A stretch of 64,000 bases of DNA from Camelus ferus (taxonomy: Eukaryota): NCBI RefSeq assembly GCF_009834535.1, contig NC_045696.1, forward strand, positions 2,730,001 through 2,794,000, written 5' to 3'. Below are positions 47,201 through 58,675 of the stretch, piece by piece; within the stretch, counting starts at the first letter, position 1, and each line of letters begins with the position of its first letter. The notes beneath the pieces are model-generated. The model was not told where the DNA came from, made no database searches, and worked only from the letters and a program-made list of their open reading frames with translations. Made by a program: the position numbers and the translations under genes.

Positions 47201-49949
47201 TACTTGCATCTGTGGAAGGAGGAAGGGAATTTTTGTTACTAAACACAAAATGAGCTGTCACTAAGTATTCTATTCTCAAATAGGAAGGCAGTAAAACAGT
47301 AAACTGCCAGACAGTTACCAGTGGCAATAATACGTACAGAACACCACCACCAAATCTCCTGCGAATTTAATATGCTTTTAAACGGCCAAAACGAAGGTAA
47401 AATTCCCAAACCATTTAAGCACTGAGAGGATCAAAATCTGTGAAATGCTTATGGTTTTCAAAACCATAGTGATCACACAGCCCTGCGGCAATGGGACCCA
47501 CACTGTCTCACTCTCCCCGCCCACGGTGCGTCCTCACACTAAGTGCCACCACAGCAGGAGCAGGGCAAGCCACTAGTCCACGCCCTGCTCGTCCTGTCGC
47601 AAAACAACTCAAATCCAGCATGCGACGTGCTCGTGACAGGGCTGAAATCCTCCTCCCTCACCGATCCTTACACCTCAGGAATACGCAAGCTATACAAATG
47701 TTAAGAAAAGTCACTACATCCAGAAAGCAAAGACCAGCTGTGTCTAAAGAAACGGTATTAAACATAAGAGGAAGCCTTAAAGATATGATCTTTTAAATTG
47801 CTTTAAACTAACTGTGTTGTTTGTAACTTAAGAGGAGAGTATTTAAATCCTTAAACGTAAAGAATTCAGTTTACAAATGAAACAAAATTGCTGCAGTAAA
47901 CTTCTAACGATCCCTGAGCAGGTTACTGCCCCCAAGCTCGGCTTCCTCAGGACAGGGTTGTCTGGGATCCACCTGCCCCTCAGGGAAGCAGCCTGTTGGG
48001 GAAACTTGGGGGTGAGGTGGGGGGGCTCATCCTCGGATGCTGGGAGAGCCTGCACCCCTGCCAGGAACCCCGCCTGACGCTTGGGGGAGGGGCCAAGGGA
48101 GCAGCCCTGCAGGCCCAGGCTCTGGCCTCGGCCTGGGCCCTGAGGGCCCCGAGGGCGGGTGGCCACTGCCACTCCGCTGCCGTGGGGTGGGACAGCCTAC
48201 GTGGGAGTTGTTTCTCTCTTAAAAAAACAAACCTAAAGCAACTAACTAAAGCCAAGTCGAACACAGTCTTTCTGGAGGGAAATCTGACAGCACTATAAAA
48301 AAAAGCCTTAAAAGATTTACTTCAGGGTTTTTAAAAACTGATTGTGAAAAAAGAGAAACCTAAATGTTCAGCCTCGGAGGATGCTAAGTCAGTGTGGCCT
48401 GTCTACACCGCAGAGTATTAAATGCTTACTTAAAATCATGCTCACAAAGAGGCTTCCACGTCACGGGAAAGGCTTAGCTCCTGAAAGCAAGGCCTCTCCC
48501 CCACTGTGCCTGGCCCCGCACCGGACGCCCACCGCATCGGGGCTGCGCCGGCCGGAGGAGGGTGGACACAGAAGTTTGTGGGAAGGTGGGCTCTGCTACG
48601 AAGAACAGAGATGGGGGGGCAGCTGGCAAACGGGGAGCGGGCTGCAGTGGTGACCAGGCGGGGGGAGTCCTGGCAGACGGCAAAGACCTGCAGGACAGGA
48701 AGCAGAGCGAAGGGGGGGCCTGGGGCCACAGGGCAGAGGGACACGGGGTGGGGCAGGCAGAGCCGGGGCAGGCAGAGCCAGGGCAGGGCCCAGGGACAGG
48801 AGGGGACACTGCTGGATTTGCATTTTAGAAACAAAATCACTTGGGAATAGCAAAGGACCTCCTGGTGAGGAAAGCAGCTGAAACTGAGCTCCCCACCGAT
48901 AGGGAGCAAAAAACACCGAGAATTTTTAAAAAGCCAACAAAAACAAACAAAATCGCTGCAACGGGAAACATACCAGGAATAGTGCAAAACTGTCCACCAC
49001 GGAGAGACATGTTGGGAAGAGGGGGCACAGCCTCGGGTCATGAATGCCCCCGGGACCTCACCAAGCGGGGAGTGATGGGTGGGGGAGGTGCCCTGCCCCG
49101 GGCTTGAGGGGGGTGCCTTGATCCCTAAACCCTGGAGCAGGGAGCTGGGCATCGTGACCACCTCCTGCAAAGGCAGGTGAGTGTCCGCGATGGAAACGAG
49201 CCCCAGGCCTGAGCCAGAGGGGCCTGAGCCAGAGGGGCCTGAGCCGAGCCCCGTCCTTTCCCTGCACACAGCCTTCCAGCACACAGCCTTCCCACGTCCT
49301 CAGGTCCCCAGAAAGGCTGCACGTGCCTCCCTGGCCCCCAGCTCCTTTGGGCCACAGAACACAAAACACCCGGGCTTCACCTGCAGCTTCAAGGGAAATC
49401 AAGCCTCAGGGGCAGTGGGAGGGCACTTAAGAAGCCACCGCATAATCAAAGAAAGCTGTGTAGACGCCGTCCCCAGGGGCGAGCAGGAAAGGTGCAGACA
49501 GCACTGCCCTGGCGCCCTGCACATCACCGGATACGCTGCTGTGCCACCACACCTGGGGACATGCAACCACACGGGTCCTGCTCACGTCCGCAGCCAGGCC
49601 ACGCGGGCATCTGTCGTTATCCACAACAACCAGCTTTTCTTTAAAAGCAACAATACTCACTAACACTGACCTGAAAAAGGTAAATGCCCGAGAAACTGTG
49701 ACTTGGGGGAGTCAGAACTACCAGCAATCTCAGTATCAGTTAGGAAATGACTCGAACAATTCTACAGCTCATCTTCTGAGCACTGACACGTAATAACCGC
49801 ATAGACACTTCACGCTGAACCCGCAGCCTCACGGGGACTGGAGCCGGCACGCACAGGGCACCGCTGAGCGTGAAGAGGGGACTGGCGCGAGCGCTCACTT
49901 GTTGCCCGTCTTGATAGCTGTCTATACTTAACGTCTGTGTAGCCATCAT
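26053..49949 (-). CDS. PKNOX1: PBX/knotted 1 homeobox 1 (PREP1), complete CDS of 436 aa: complement(join(26053-26264,28320-28492,30603-30679,33719-33847,38829-38926,39840-39939,43451-43621,44904-45075,47082-47209,49899-49949))
   Basis: Starts [23 protein letters not shown] domain ([15 protein letters not shown]...[15 protein letters not shown]); TALE homeodomain with PYP and [13 protein letters not shown]. Exon lengths sum to 1311 nt, all GT-AG and in phase. Confidence 0.98.
28100..28660. other. Intragenic CpG-island-like region with a GC-rich minisatellite (28533-28640)
   Basis: Very dense CpG; near-tandem ccgcatccgcgcccgcaccccgcgcc units. Confidence 0.75.
28320..28492 (-). CDS. PKNOX1: PKNOX1 exon, 173 nt ([16 protein letters not shown]...ELTMSE)
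   Basis: cacgtag|G acceptor, G|gtagga donor; homeodomain helix 3. Confidence 0.97.
30603..30679 (-). CDS. PKNOX1: PKNOX1 exon, 77 nt ([25 protein letters not shown])
   Basis: ttttcag|CAT acceptor, TG|gtaaga donor; TALE PYP motif. Confidence 0.97.
31515..32166 (+). mobile_element. Internally deleted Tigger1-type DNA transposon (TcMar-Tigger) with a nested SINE
   Basis: TA then CAGGCATAC...GTTCCAGACCAC left end; GGGTTGCCACAAACCTTCAATTTGT...GAGGTCTGCCTG right end; no transposase ORF. Confidence 0.88.
31796..31941 (+). mobile_element. tRNA-derived SINE (camelid-like)
   Basis: A box AGCTCAGTGG, B box GAGTTCAATC, A-rich tail; TSD AAGA(G/T)CACTGAT at 31784-31795 and 31942-31953. Confidence 0.88.
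33719..33847 (-). CDS. PKNOX1: PKNOX1 exon, 129 nt ([10 protein letters not shown]...[22 protein letters not shown])
   Basis: ttaaaag|CTT acceptor, GGG|gtaaga donor; homeodomain N-terminal arm and helix 1. Confidence 0.96.
38829..38926 (-). CDS. PKNOX1: PKNOX1 exon, 98 nt ([32 protein letters not shown])
   Basis: tttccag|GT acceptor, CAG|gtgcgg donor. Confidence 0.96.
39840..39939 (-). CDS. PKNOX1: PKNOX1 exon, 100 nt ([33 protein letters not shown])
   Basis: ttacag|CAG tandem acceptor, G|gtacga donor. Confidence 0.95.
40750..43190 (+). mobile_element. Degenerate L1 (ORF2 remnant plus 3'UTR), antisense to PKNOX1
   Basis: ORF2-like peptides [23 protein letters not shown] and [18 protein letters not shown]...[23 protein letters not shown]1MB-like 3' end ...tattctaccacaattttaaaaa. 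Confidence 0.9.
42499..42580 (+). mobile_element. Short tRNA-derived SINE inserted in L1
   Basis: GGTTCAGTGGTAGAGC...GGTTCAATCCCC; flanked by the degenerate duplication aagaggctgaaaag / ggagaatgaaaag. Confidence 0.8.
43451..43621 (-). CDS. PKNOX1: PKNOX1 exon, 171 nt ([17 protein letters not shown]...SPVQSQ)
   Basis: ttctag|ATG acceptor, CAG|gtacta donor. Confidence 0.97.
44904..45075 (-). CDS. PKNOX1: PKNOX1 exon, 172 nt ([16 protein letters not shown]...PETDNL)
   Basis: ccccag|G acceptor, TTA|gtaagt donor. Confidence 0.97.
45140..46870 (-). mobile_element. Degenerate L1 fragments (3'UTR plus ORF2), - strand
   Basis: - strand peptides [24 protein letters not shown] and [18 protein letters not shown] resemble L1 ORF2. 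Confidence 0.85.
47082..47209 (-). CDS. PKNOX1: PKNOX1 exon, 128 nt ([19 protein letters not shown]...DKQAIY)
   Basis: ccacag|ATG acceptor, AG|gtaacg donor; not present in the supplied ORF track. Confidence 0.95.
49206..49247. repeat. 15-bp tandem repeat (GGCCTGAGCCAGAGG), about 2.7 copies
   Basis: Direct reading. Confidence 0.8.
49899..49949 (-). CDS. PKNOX1: PKNOX1 first coding exon, coding part (whole exon 49899-50006 including 5'UTR)
   Basis: ttcccag|ACACC acceptor at 50006, accATGATGG start, CAA|gtgagc donor. Confidence 0.95.
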
Positions 49950-51034
49950 GGTTAATGAGCTTTATTACAAAACATCAAATCATCTTGAGTCAAAAGCAAG
50001 TGGTGTCTGGGAAAACAAAAGCAGAGAAGCATCGTTAATCACTGCAGAGCACTGCTGTCCCCTGATTACATAGCACTGGACTTCTTAAAACATGTATTTT
50101 CACATGGGGAGTAAAAACCACCCTCGACACCACGTCATCAGCCAAATCCTATGCAGCACCCCACACCCGCCCGGCGGCCGGGCGGCCGTGCTGCCCGGGG
50201 CCCTGGCGTGTCACCGCGCTTCCAGACGTTAGGATTCATTCGTTCACACCCCCAACAAACATCTAGCAATGTCTACGCATGCAGGCCATTGTCCTGGGCC
50301 CTGGGGTGCAGCAGCAAACAACAGGCGAGGCCCTGCTTTCCCGGGACCATAAACAAGAGGAATGCCAGGCAGCACACGGGACGGGGGGGGGGGGGGACGC
50401 AGGGTGGCAAGGTGACATGACAGGGGAGCGAGAGCCCACGGCTGTGCAGTCGGGCAGATGTGCTGACACTGAGCCCAGGGAGGCTGAGTCTCAGGCAGGA
50501 GTGACAAAGGTGTGCTCAGGGTGCCTGCACCTGGCACTCAGCTAACATCTGCATGTAATGCAAAGACAGGATGCTGTCATTCACCTGTCACCACGCACAC
50601 GGAGAAATGTCCAGAGGTGATGAGAGTAGAGAAATCAGGCAGGGACAGAGAATGACTAGGGGGCGGGGAGGGCAGTGAGGGTACCTGGGGAAGAGGGGAC
50701 CACCTGTGCCACCCGCAGAGGGGAGGCCCAGCAGTGGGACAGCAGGAGGGAGGGGGGAGGGGAGGGGAGGGGAGGGAGACACGGGAGCAGGTCACACTCT
50801 CATGGGCCAGGGCAGGGTCTACGGGTCCCACCTGAGCAACTGGCAGAGCAGAGCCGCATGTCCCGAAGCGGAGCAGACTGTGAGGAGCAGTTTCTGCAGA
50901 CTGGGAGGAGAAAGCAAGAGATGGGACATTTTAGGTTTGAGACGCTTCTTAAGTATCCATGAGGAAGTTGCTAACAAGTGAGTCTGGCCCATAGGTACAA
51001 ACCCAGTAATCATCAGTGCGTGGCTGGCATGTGC

Positions 51035-51435
51035 AGAGGTCCAACTGTGCCCTCCAAGGCATCCCCATCCTCGCAAACAGGACCTTACTGAGAAACAGGG
51101 TCTCTACAGACACAACAACCACGTTAAAGCTCTCAAGAGGGATGCCCTTAAAACCGGGGTGGGGGCGGGAGAAGCAGCTCTCAGGGGCACTGAGGGGACG
51201 GCCGTGTGACTCTGTGTGAACCAGAGGCAGAGACGGGAGAGGTGCCACACGCCAGGGACAGCCGGAGCCCCAGAAGCCGGAAGCGGCAGGAAGGACCCTT
51301 CGCTCGAGCCTTCAGAGGCAGTGTGGCCCTGCGGCACCCTGACTTCAGGTCTGGCCACCAGAGCAGTGAGAGACACATTTGTGTGGTTTCCATACAGCCG
51401 CTGCTTTTAGGACTTAGTCACAGCAGCCCCAGGAC
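51035..51435 (+). mobile_element. MaLR MLT1-type solo LTR
   Basis: gaccttactgagaaacagggtctctacaga ... gagccttcagaggcagtgtggccctgcggcaccctgacttcag ... cagcagccccagga. Confidence 0.75.
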
Positions 51436-52427
51436 ACGGGGCAGCAGGTAAAGCCACAAGGCTGCGGGAGACCTCCCGGGGGGAGGAAGATCAAGGACCC
51501 GGCAGGGCCCACGGGACGAGGGCAGAGCTAGGTAGCGCCCCTGATGCTGGGAACAGAGCTGTGGTAATGCAGCTGAGGGTCGAGGGAGAGGGAGGCGTGG
51601 GCGCGGGAGGGGGCGCCAGGCCGGGAGATGAGTCACGTGGAGTCACCACCAGAGTTGCCCTCCCAGCCCCCTGGGACTCCATTCTTGAGATAGAGGCCCC
51701 ACATGTCCACAGACCTGTCGCTGAGCCCCTCCTAACGGCCTCTGCCTTGACTGACCGCCAGCTCCGCCCCGGCATCATCGCTACACCCTGATCTCAGGAG
51801 GAACCACGTGAGCTCCAGGCTCACCCTCCCACTCCGTCCTCCACCTTCCAAAACCATCCTTGCAGATCAAGTCCCGGCAGCCTGGCCCCACTGCGGGTGT
51901 GCAGATGGCCGAAAGGGACACCCCCCAGCGCCCTCCCCAAAGCTGGCCTCTGAGCTGGGAGCTTGGGAACTGCATCCTCACCCAGGCCAGGAATCTCCCC
52001 GGGGCCCTCACAGGCTCCCTGCAGGCCCATAGCACCTCAGCAGTTCATTTCCACCCTGTGCACGGTCCTTCAGGGCTGAGGGCCGGTCCTGCCGCATCCC
52101 CAACGACCAGTACCAGCCAACGTGAAGTCTAAGCGCCGAGAGTCTAAAGGAGAGACTCATACCCAGGCTCACTGTGCACACGGCACGTTCTGGACACAGG
52201 ACTCACTCTGCACCTTGACCTCTGCCTCTCCTTGGGGACCTTGGCCATTTCCCATTTCTCCCCCAGCCACCACCACGTGGCTGCTGGGATGAGAGCTCAC
52301 AGCTGGGCTCTGTGTCTGAACTCATCTCTGCCTGTAGAGAAGGGAGCTGCCAGCCCACAGCACCGCCCTACGGACAGTCACTGAACAGCAGAAGAGGCTT
52401 CCTGGGGAGATCCAGGCCCCAGTCCAC

Positions 52428-52500
52428 GTGCACACGCACGCACATGCACATACACACACATATACATGCACGCGTGCACACACACACGTACACACACACA
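52428..52500. repeat. Imperfect (CA)n / alternating purine-pyrimidine repeat
   Basis: Direct reading. Confidence 0.9.
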
Positions 52501-53985
52501 AACACTGAAAAAGCCAACTTCTCTCAGTGAACGTCTCTGCAACAGGCAGACTTTGAAAGTGACTCCCTGACTTCACAGCTATACCTTCTGGCCGCGGAGA
52601 CACGGGATAAGGGCCTGCAGAAAGCAGAGCGTGTCCGGTGAGGGCAGAGGTAACGCCACACCCCCGCGGCCAGCGGAGCTGTGAGCTCCAGCTTGCAGGG
52701 AAGGCAACCGGGGCCACGAGATCCCCCTGGGAAATGAGGGGGGCACAGGGCTCCTGAGTCTCGGGGCTTCTTTCCCAGAGCTGCACAACGGGAGATGGGG
52801 GCTTCTCCCCCATCAGCCACTGTGCGCATCTCTGAAGGTCGGCCGCCATTCAAGACGGAAAAGAAAACACTTTATACTACTTTCATTAAAAAAAAAAAAA
52901 GCCAAACTGAAGGAAAAGATATGACCCTCCCCTCTGTGGACGAGTCCCTTCCTGGCCATGCTGGAGAGTCACTGCTGTCCATGCACTGATGGACGCACAT
53001 CCTCTGGGACGAGGCCCAATGCCAGGCCCGCCGTTGCCGGCTCTGCTCAGAGTCCACCGGGCCTGAACCGCAGGGTCGGGAGGAGCCGCAGCTGCTCACC
53101 TATGGTGTCAAACTGCGACCAGGCAGCACTGCCACGTCCCCAACAGCTGAACTCAACAAAACCCACAGCAGAGGCCCTGCAGGGGCCCAGACAAAGAAGA
53201 CAGAGCCCCAGTCACGCCCGTCTCTCAGCTGTGAGGTGGTTCTCACCAGCCGGGCTCTCTGAGCAAACCTGGCAGAGCAGGATGGGGAGGCAGAGTGGGC
53301 GCCCTGCTCTTACCTGGGAGGGACTGCCCTCCCCAGACCAAATACCCCAGAACACCCACCCTGTCCCCTAGACCTGCTCACATCTGCATCAAGGGGCTCC
53401 TCTCCTGCCCGGGCAGGGAGTCGGCGCTGACCCGGTGGACTCTGTCCCCTGTGCTCGCCCGCTGTCGGAGAACTGATGAGACGCTCAGTTGCAAGTGTAC
53501 CGTTCTGTACACAGTAGTATCTACCAGTCCCAAATGACGGGCGTTCTTAAGGCTTGCTTCCTTCCCTCTGGTTACCCATTTTCAGGGTAATATGCCCGTT
53601 CCCTAGCGTTCTCCGATAGTGACCAGGGAGGCGGTTTTAGCATACCATGATCTCATGGGTTTGAACATTTAAAAATTCAGTCATTTTTTATATACTTATA
53701 CATGTTCTGATGTTCCAAGTTATCCTATCTTTTTCCAATGCAAGATCCTGCAGTCATCTCCTACAGCTTCTGACGCACCCTGGAAGTCTGGAAAGCTTCC
53801 TTGCTTTCAGGTAAAACGAGATACTCCAGGCTCATCTTGTTCATTTTCTGTGCCAAACTCAGTCTGTGCCATTCATCCAAGGAGGGGGTTTTGATTCCTG
53901 ACAATGGAAAATGATAGGTAGAGACCACAATCTAAGTGATATGTGTGCTCCTGCCACTGGCTGGTCACTGTCTCCAGGCATTTTC

Positions 53986-54375
53986 TTTCTCTTTTTCTTT
54001 TTTTAATTGAAGCGTAGTCAGTTACAACGTGTCAATTTCTGGTGTGCAGCACAATGTGCCAGTCATGTGTACTCGTTTTCATATTCTTTTTTATTAAAGG
54101 TTATTACAAGATATTGAACAGTAGTTCCATGTGCTACACGGAAGAAACTTTTTTAAAATCTATTTTATATATAGTGGCTAACATATGTAAATCTCAAACT
54201 TCCAAATTTACCCCTTCCCACCCCCTTTCCCCAGTAACCATAAAATTGTTTACTATGTCTGCGAGTCTGTTTCTGTTTTGCAGATGAGTTCTTAGTGTTC
54301 TTTTTTGTTCTGTTTTGTTTTTAAGATTCTACATATGAGTGATCTCACATGGTATTTTTCTTTCTCTTTCTGGCT
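53986..54375 (-). mobile_element. Younger 5'-truncated L1 3' end with target-site duplication
   Basis: T-rich tail then ttttaattgaagcgtagtcagttacaa...; TSD AGGC(A/C)TTTTC at 53976-53985 and 54376-54385; inserted into an older degraded L1-like sequence. Confidence 0.75.
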
Positions 54376-54512
54376 AGGCCTTTTCAATGGACAGTGATTG
54401 GAAATACTTTCTCAAAAAATCTTTTCAAAACAAGTAAACACTGATACTTCCAATTCAAATTTGGGATTACAGGGTATTTACTTAACTACTTTGAATTAGT
54501 ATTTGTATAACA

Positions 54513-54652
54513 TTTTTCTTTTTTTCTTTTTTTGCAGGAGGGGTAATTTAGATTTGTTTAATTATTTATTTATTTAATGGAGGTACTGGGGATTGAACCC
54601 AGGACCTCGTGCAAGCTAAGCACACACTCTACCACTGAGCTGTACCCTCCCC
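54513..54652 (-). mobile_element. tRNA-derived SINE (same family as 31796)
   Basis: Reverse complement reads GGGGAGGGTACAGCTCAGTGGTAGAGTGTGTGCTTAGC...GGGTTCAATCCCCAGTACCTCC plus A-rich tail. Confidence 0.88.
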
Positions 54653-55354
54653 ACTATATATCTTTTTTCTTACCCTGAAAATCTTGTTCCTAATAACAGT
54701 AAAATGACAACTTGTCATATTTTATACATATGTATATACATAGTTTCAAAATAATGAGTATTACTACTAACAATATGAAAACTAAAAACCTTAAGATTTC
54801 TTTGTAATTCCTTTCTCCTTAGGATTTATCCCACTAGAATAGATGTACAATCCAATTTGTTTCGAAGTCACTTGAAATAATTCTTCTCTGTGCAGTTAAG
54901 CCACCAACTCAATGCCCAGTTAGGTTCTTCTGATTCCCTTTGCTTTTAATTTTTAGGTAGTACTCCCACCTGCCCCCCACCATTTGGTTTAATTTAATTT
55001 AAAACTATATAAAACATTCATACGGTTACACAGTTCCATGAATCAAAACTATAGAAGGTAGGTCCAGAAACCTAATTTATAACCCTCCTCTCTCCTCTCC
55101 TCTCCTACGAGGAACCCATTTTAACTAGTCTGGGTTTAAGCTTTTTTATCACAAGCAGATGTTCACATGCCTCTCTGTTCACAGTTCTGAGCCTTACTCT
55201 TCCCACTCACCACGTCCTAAAGATGCCACAGAGCAGGTCAGTAGTCCCCTCACCCCTGTCCACAGCTGCGGACTGAGAAACATACACTGTGGGCTCAGCG
55301 TAGTTTATTCCACCAGTTCCTCTGTGGACATGGGCGTGTTTCTTCTGGAAACCT

Positions 55355-55900
55355 AGGTCTGATCATGACACACCCACTTAAAACCCTCCAGAGGACTCCA
55401 ACTGCCTACAAGATACAGATCATAAATCTTAACACAGTGTGACTGCTCAGCACCATTGCATCCTTACCTGTTCTCCTCCCGCCCTACCCCAGGTCACCCC
55501 CGTCTGCACTGCAGTCACACTGGGCCCTTCCAGGCTCTTCAGCACCCTCAACCCCTCAAGGCCCGTGAGCTCACCGTCCCCACCTGTCTGGAATGCTCTT
55601 CCTACCCTTGTCCCCTTGTCCACTCCTGTCCCCCTGGATGGTTCCCATCGGGCAGCTCCACCTTAGAAGGGCTGCCCTGACCTCTGACCCACATCTCAGA
55701 GCAAAACACGCCTCCTTCCCACAGTCCTCACTGCAGTTGTCACTTTGCATTTATGGGGACAGGCCTTCGATTAGCTTGTGCCGTTACTACTTCCAGGCAG
55801 GCAGGAGCCGGACTCTGTGTTCGTTCACCATCATATTCCTGGCACCCTCCCTGTGTCTGGTACACAGCAGGAGCACAATGATTGTTTCATGAATGGCTGC
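55355..55900. mobile_element. Degenerate L2 fragment
   Basis: tctgatcatgacac...aaaaccctccag...ctggaatgctcttcc...cctggcac...tggtacacagcagg...gtttcatgaatg, an L2-like 3' end. Confidence 0.6.
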
Positions 55901-56680
55901 TACAATATATACAACACAGGAATGAGCTCTTCCATGAAAGTTTGATCTAACTCGCCCCAGTGTCTTTTTAAAAAGGTAAACCTTGACTACCTTCTCCACT
56001 TCATCTAAAGTTGCTGTTCTGTACAAGTTTCCTACCTGCAAGGTCAATTCTGGTCACTTAAGTCTTCTTCATAAGCCATCCGCAGCGCTTCACATTAACT
56101 GCCGTCAAGCTGTACCTGGTATGTTCTCATTTGCCAAATTTCACATCTGTAGTCACCTCCCTTTTTAAATACTGTGTTCTCGTTTCTTCTTAATCAGATT
56201 TGCAGGAAGCAAAAACAGATTTGCCTTAATTTTATTTTCCTCATTTCTTGAGTTGAAAACTTAATTCACTTATTTTTCTTGTTCTCTAATAAATGCATTT
56301 AAGGCCACACACCTCCTTTCTTGTGAGAGCTGCTTTTGCCCCACCCTGCAGGTTGTGCTGTGTAGTCCTGTCACTCATTAACAGAGAGCCTCAAAGTAGT
56401 TAACGATCTCCTCTCTAACCCAAGAGATACAAAGAAGGGGGTCTTAACACGCTCAGGCAGGTACTTCTAGCTCTCCTTTCTCTCTGAGGCTCTAGCCAGG
56501 CTGCCCTGCGGTCTGAGAATCTGGTCTATAGTACCTACTTTTTGAAACCTTACTTTCTTTGTGGCCTAATATGTGGCCAGTTTTGTTCAACACTCCATGT
56601 AATTGAGGAGAATCTGTTTTGTTTGTTGTGCACGCATTTCTGTACATATCCATTAGCAATATTATTTAAAACCTCTATGT

Positions 56681-56895
56681 CAGTGGTTCTCAACCAGAAA
56701 TGATTTTGGCCCCCAGGATACATTTGACAACGTCCAGACACACTTCTGGTTGTCACAGTGAGGGAGGGGGTTCTGTGATACTGGCACGTAGTGAGCAGAG
56801 GCCAGGGACACTGCTAGACATCTTACAGTGCACAGGACGCCCCCTGAAAAAGAACCATCTGGCCCCGAATGCCAGCAGGGCCAGGTGAGAACCCC
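56681..56895 (+). mobile_element. MER20 (hAT-Charlie non-autonomous element)
   Basis: CAGTGGTTCTCAACC start; ttggcccccagg...ggttgtcaca...gaggccaggga...cagtgcacaggac...gagaaccc. Confidence 0.85.
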
Positions 56896-58304
56896 TTCCA
56901 CATCCTTTCTTCTTTTGATCTACTTGGTTTGCGTCTTGCTAAGAGTCACATTAGAGTCTCCCATCTGTGTAGAACTGTCATCTTCTATTTTGATCAGTCT
57001 CCATATTTCTCCACATTACAGATGCATTAGCTTATGGTTACTAACTACACCTTTGAGCAGGAGGACGTGCTCCTCAGACACTTCTCACCTTGAGTCTAGT
57101 TCTCAGCTCTTGGCTCGCTCACGCCATCTGACGTTAGTCATCGGTTCTTAAACACACCAACCAGGCGTCCTTGTTTCCTTCTTTCTCCTGACCTCCCTTT
57201 TGTTGAAATGACGAAGTCCGTCTTTGCTTCGCTTTCCCCCAGGCACCCAGGAGTCACGTGTCCTGTCCTCAGTCTCCTACTGGTTACCTTCATGGCCTAC
57301 AGTCAACGCTAACACCTAGAGCCCAATCCACTTCCAGAACAATCCTTGTTCCACTGATGAAATGTGAACTTGTGTTCTTTCTAATTCACATGTGAACTGA
57401 GTTCTCTCGCAGCAGGCACTGCGACTGACCTGCCTTTACAGGCGTAGTGCTGGCAGAGAGCGCACAATCTGGGAGGGCAAACACATCTAGGATCGTTTTA
57501 GGACATTTTATTAAAACTTTCAGATGAATTTCAGGGCACTTAAAGGTTAAACTTATTGTCTAGGGGGTTCACCCGGCCGTAATGCTCCATCCCCAGGGGG
57601 TGCTGTGTAACCTGATGACACCGAACACACACCCACACACATTTGTGCATCAGCACCGAACTAGAAACGAGGTCCCCTTCAATGGGGCCACACCAAACTG
57701 AGCAAAGCATCTTGTAGTAACTGGTTTTGAACATCTGATTATTTTGACTAGTCTAGAGAAGAATTCAGATTATTTTAATGCCATGCTATCAAGAATACAG
57801 CTACAAAGAGAAAAAGCCTTAAATGTTTTGTCCGCACTATAATCGCTACTTTCAGTATTATCTATTATATGAAAAAAACACCATAGAAAAGCATTTCTTT
57901 AAGCTTTGAAGGCAGAAATCCTAGGAATAGTCCATAATATGTACTCCACTCATGCAAACAAACTCAATAACTGAATTCTCCACTTGGAACACAATTTGCA
58001 TAGAACAATTTTTTTAAAAAACAAGAAAAACAACATACATAAAGATGGAGAGATTTTTAAAGTTTAAAACAGTTATAGCTTATAGACTTAGGGAATACTG
58101 AACTGACATTAAAATTGAAACTGGAAAATCAACATTTAAATAAATAGCAGGTAAAGTACACCCTCAGGCTAGTTAACTAAACACGATCCAGTCCAGTCGA
58201 AAGGTCCACAAGAAACAAGTCCCAGAAAAGCACTCAGAAAGAGTTGAGGATTATTCCATCTCCTGTTCTGATGCCTTTTACACAAGAAATGCTGAGAGAC
58301 CGGA

Positions 58305-58596
58305 AGACAGACAGACAGAAAGAAAGAAAGAAAGAGAGAGAGAGAAAGAGAGAAAGAAAGAAAAAAAAAGAGAGAAAAAGAAAGAGAAGAGAGAGAAAGA
58401 GAAAAGAAAGAAAGAAAGAGAAGAAAGAAAGAAAGAGAGAAAAAAAGAAAGAGAGAAGAGAAAGAAAGAAAGAAGAAAAGAAAAGAGAGAAAGAGAAAGA
58501 AAAAGAAAAGAAGAAAGAAGAAACGAGCACAGACATCCGCATAGAGAACCATCATACGCTCCCCTCTTCCTCCAGAGCTACCATCGGCACCTCGAA

Positions 58597-58641
<45 letters not shown>

Positions 58642-58675
58642 GAAAAAGCAGGGATTCTAGAAAGAAAAAAAAAGA
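58305..58675. repeat. Polypurine (GAAA/GAGA) low-complexity tract with a roughly 70-bp interruption
   Basis: Direct reading. Confidence 0.95.
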
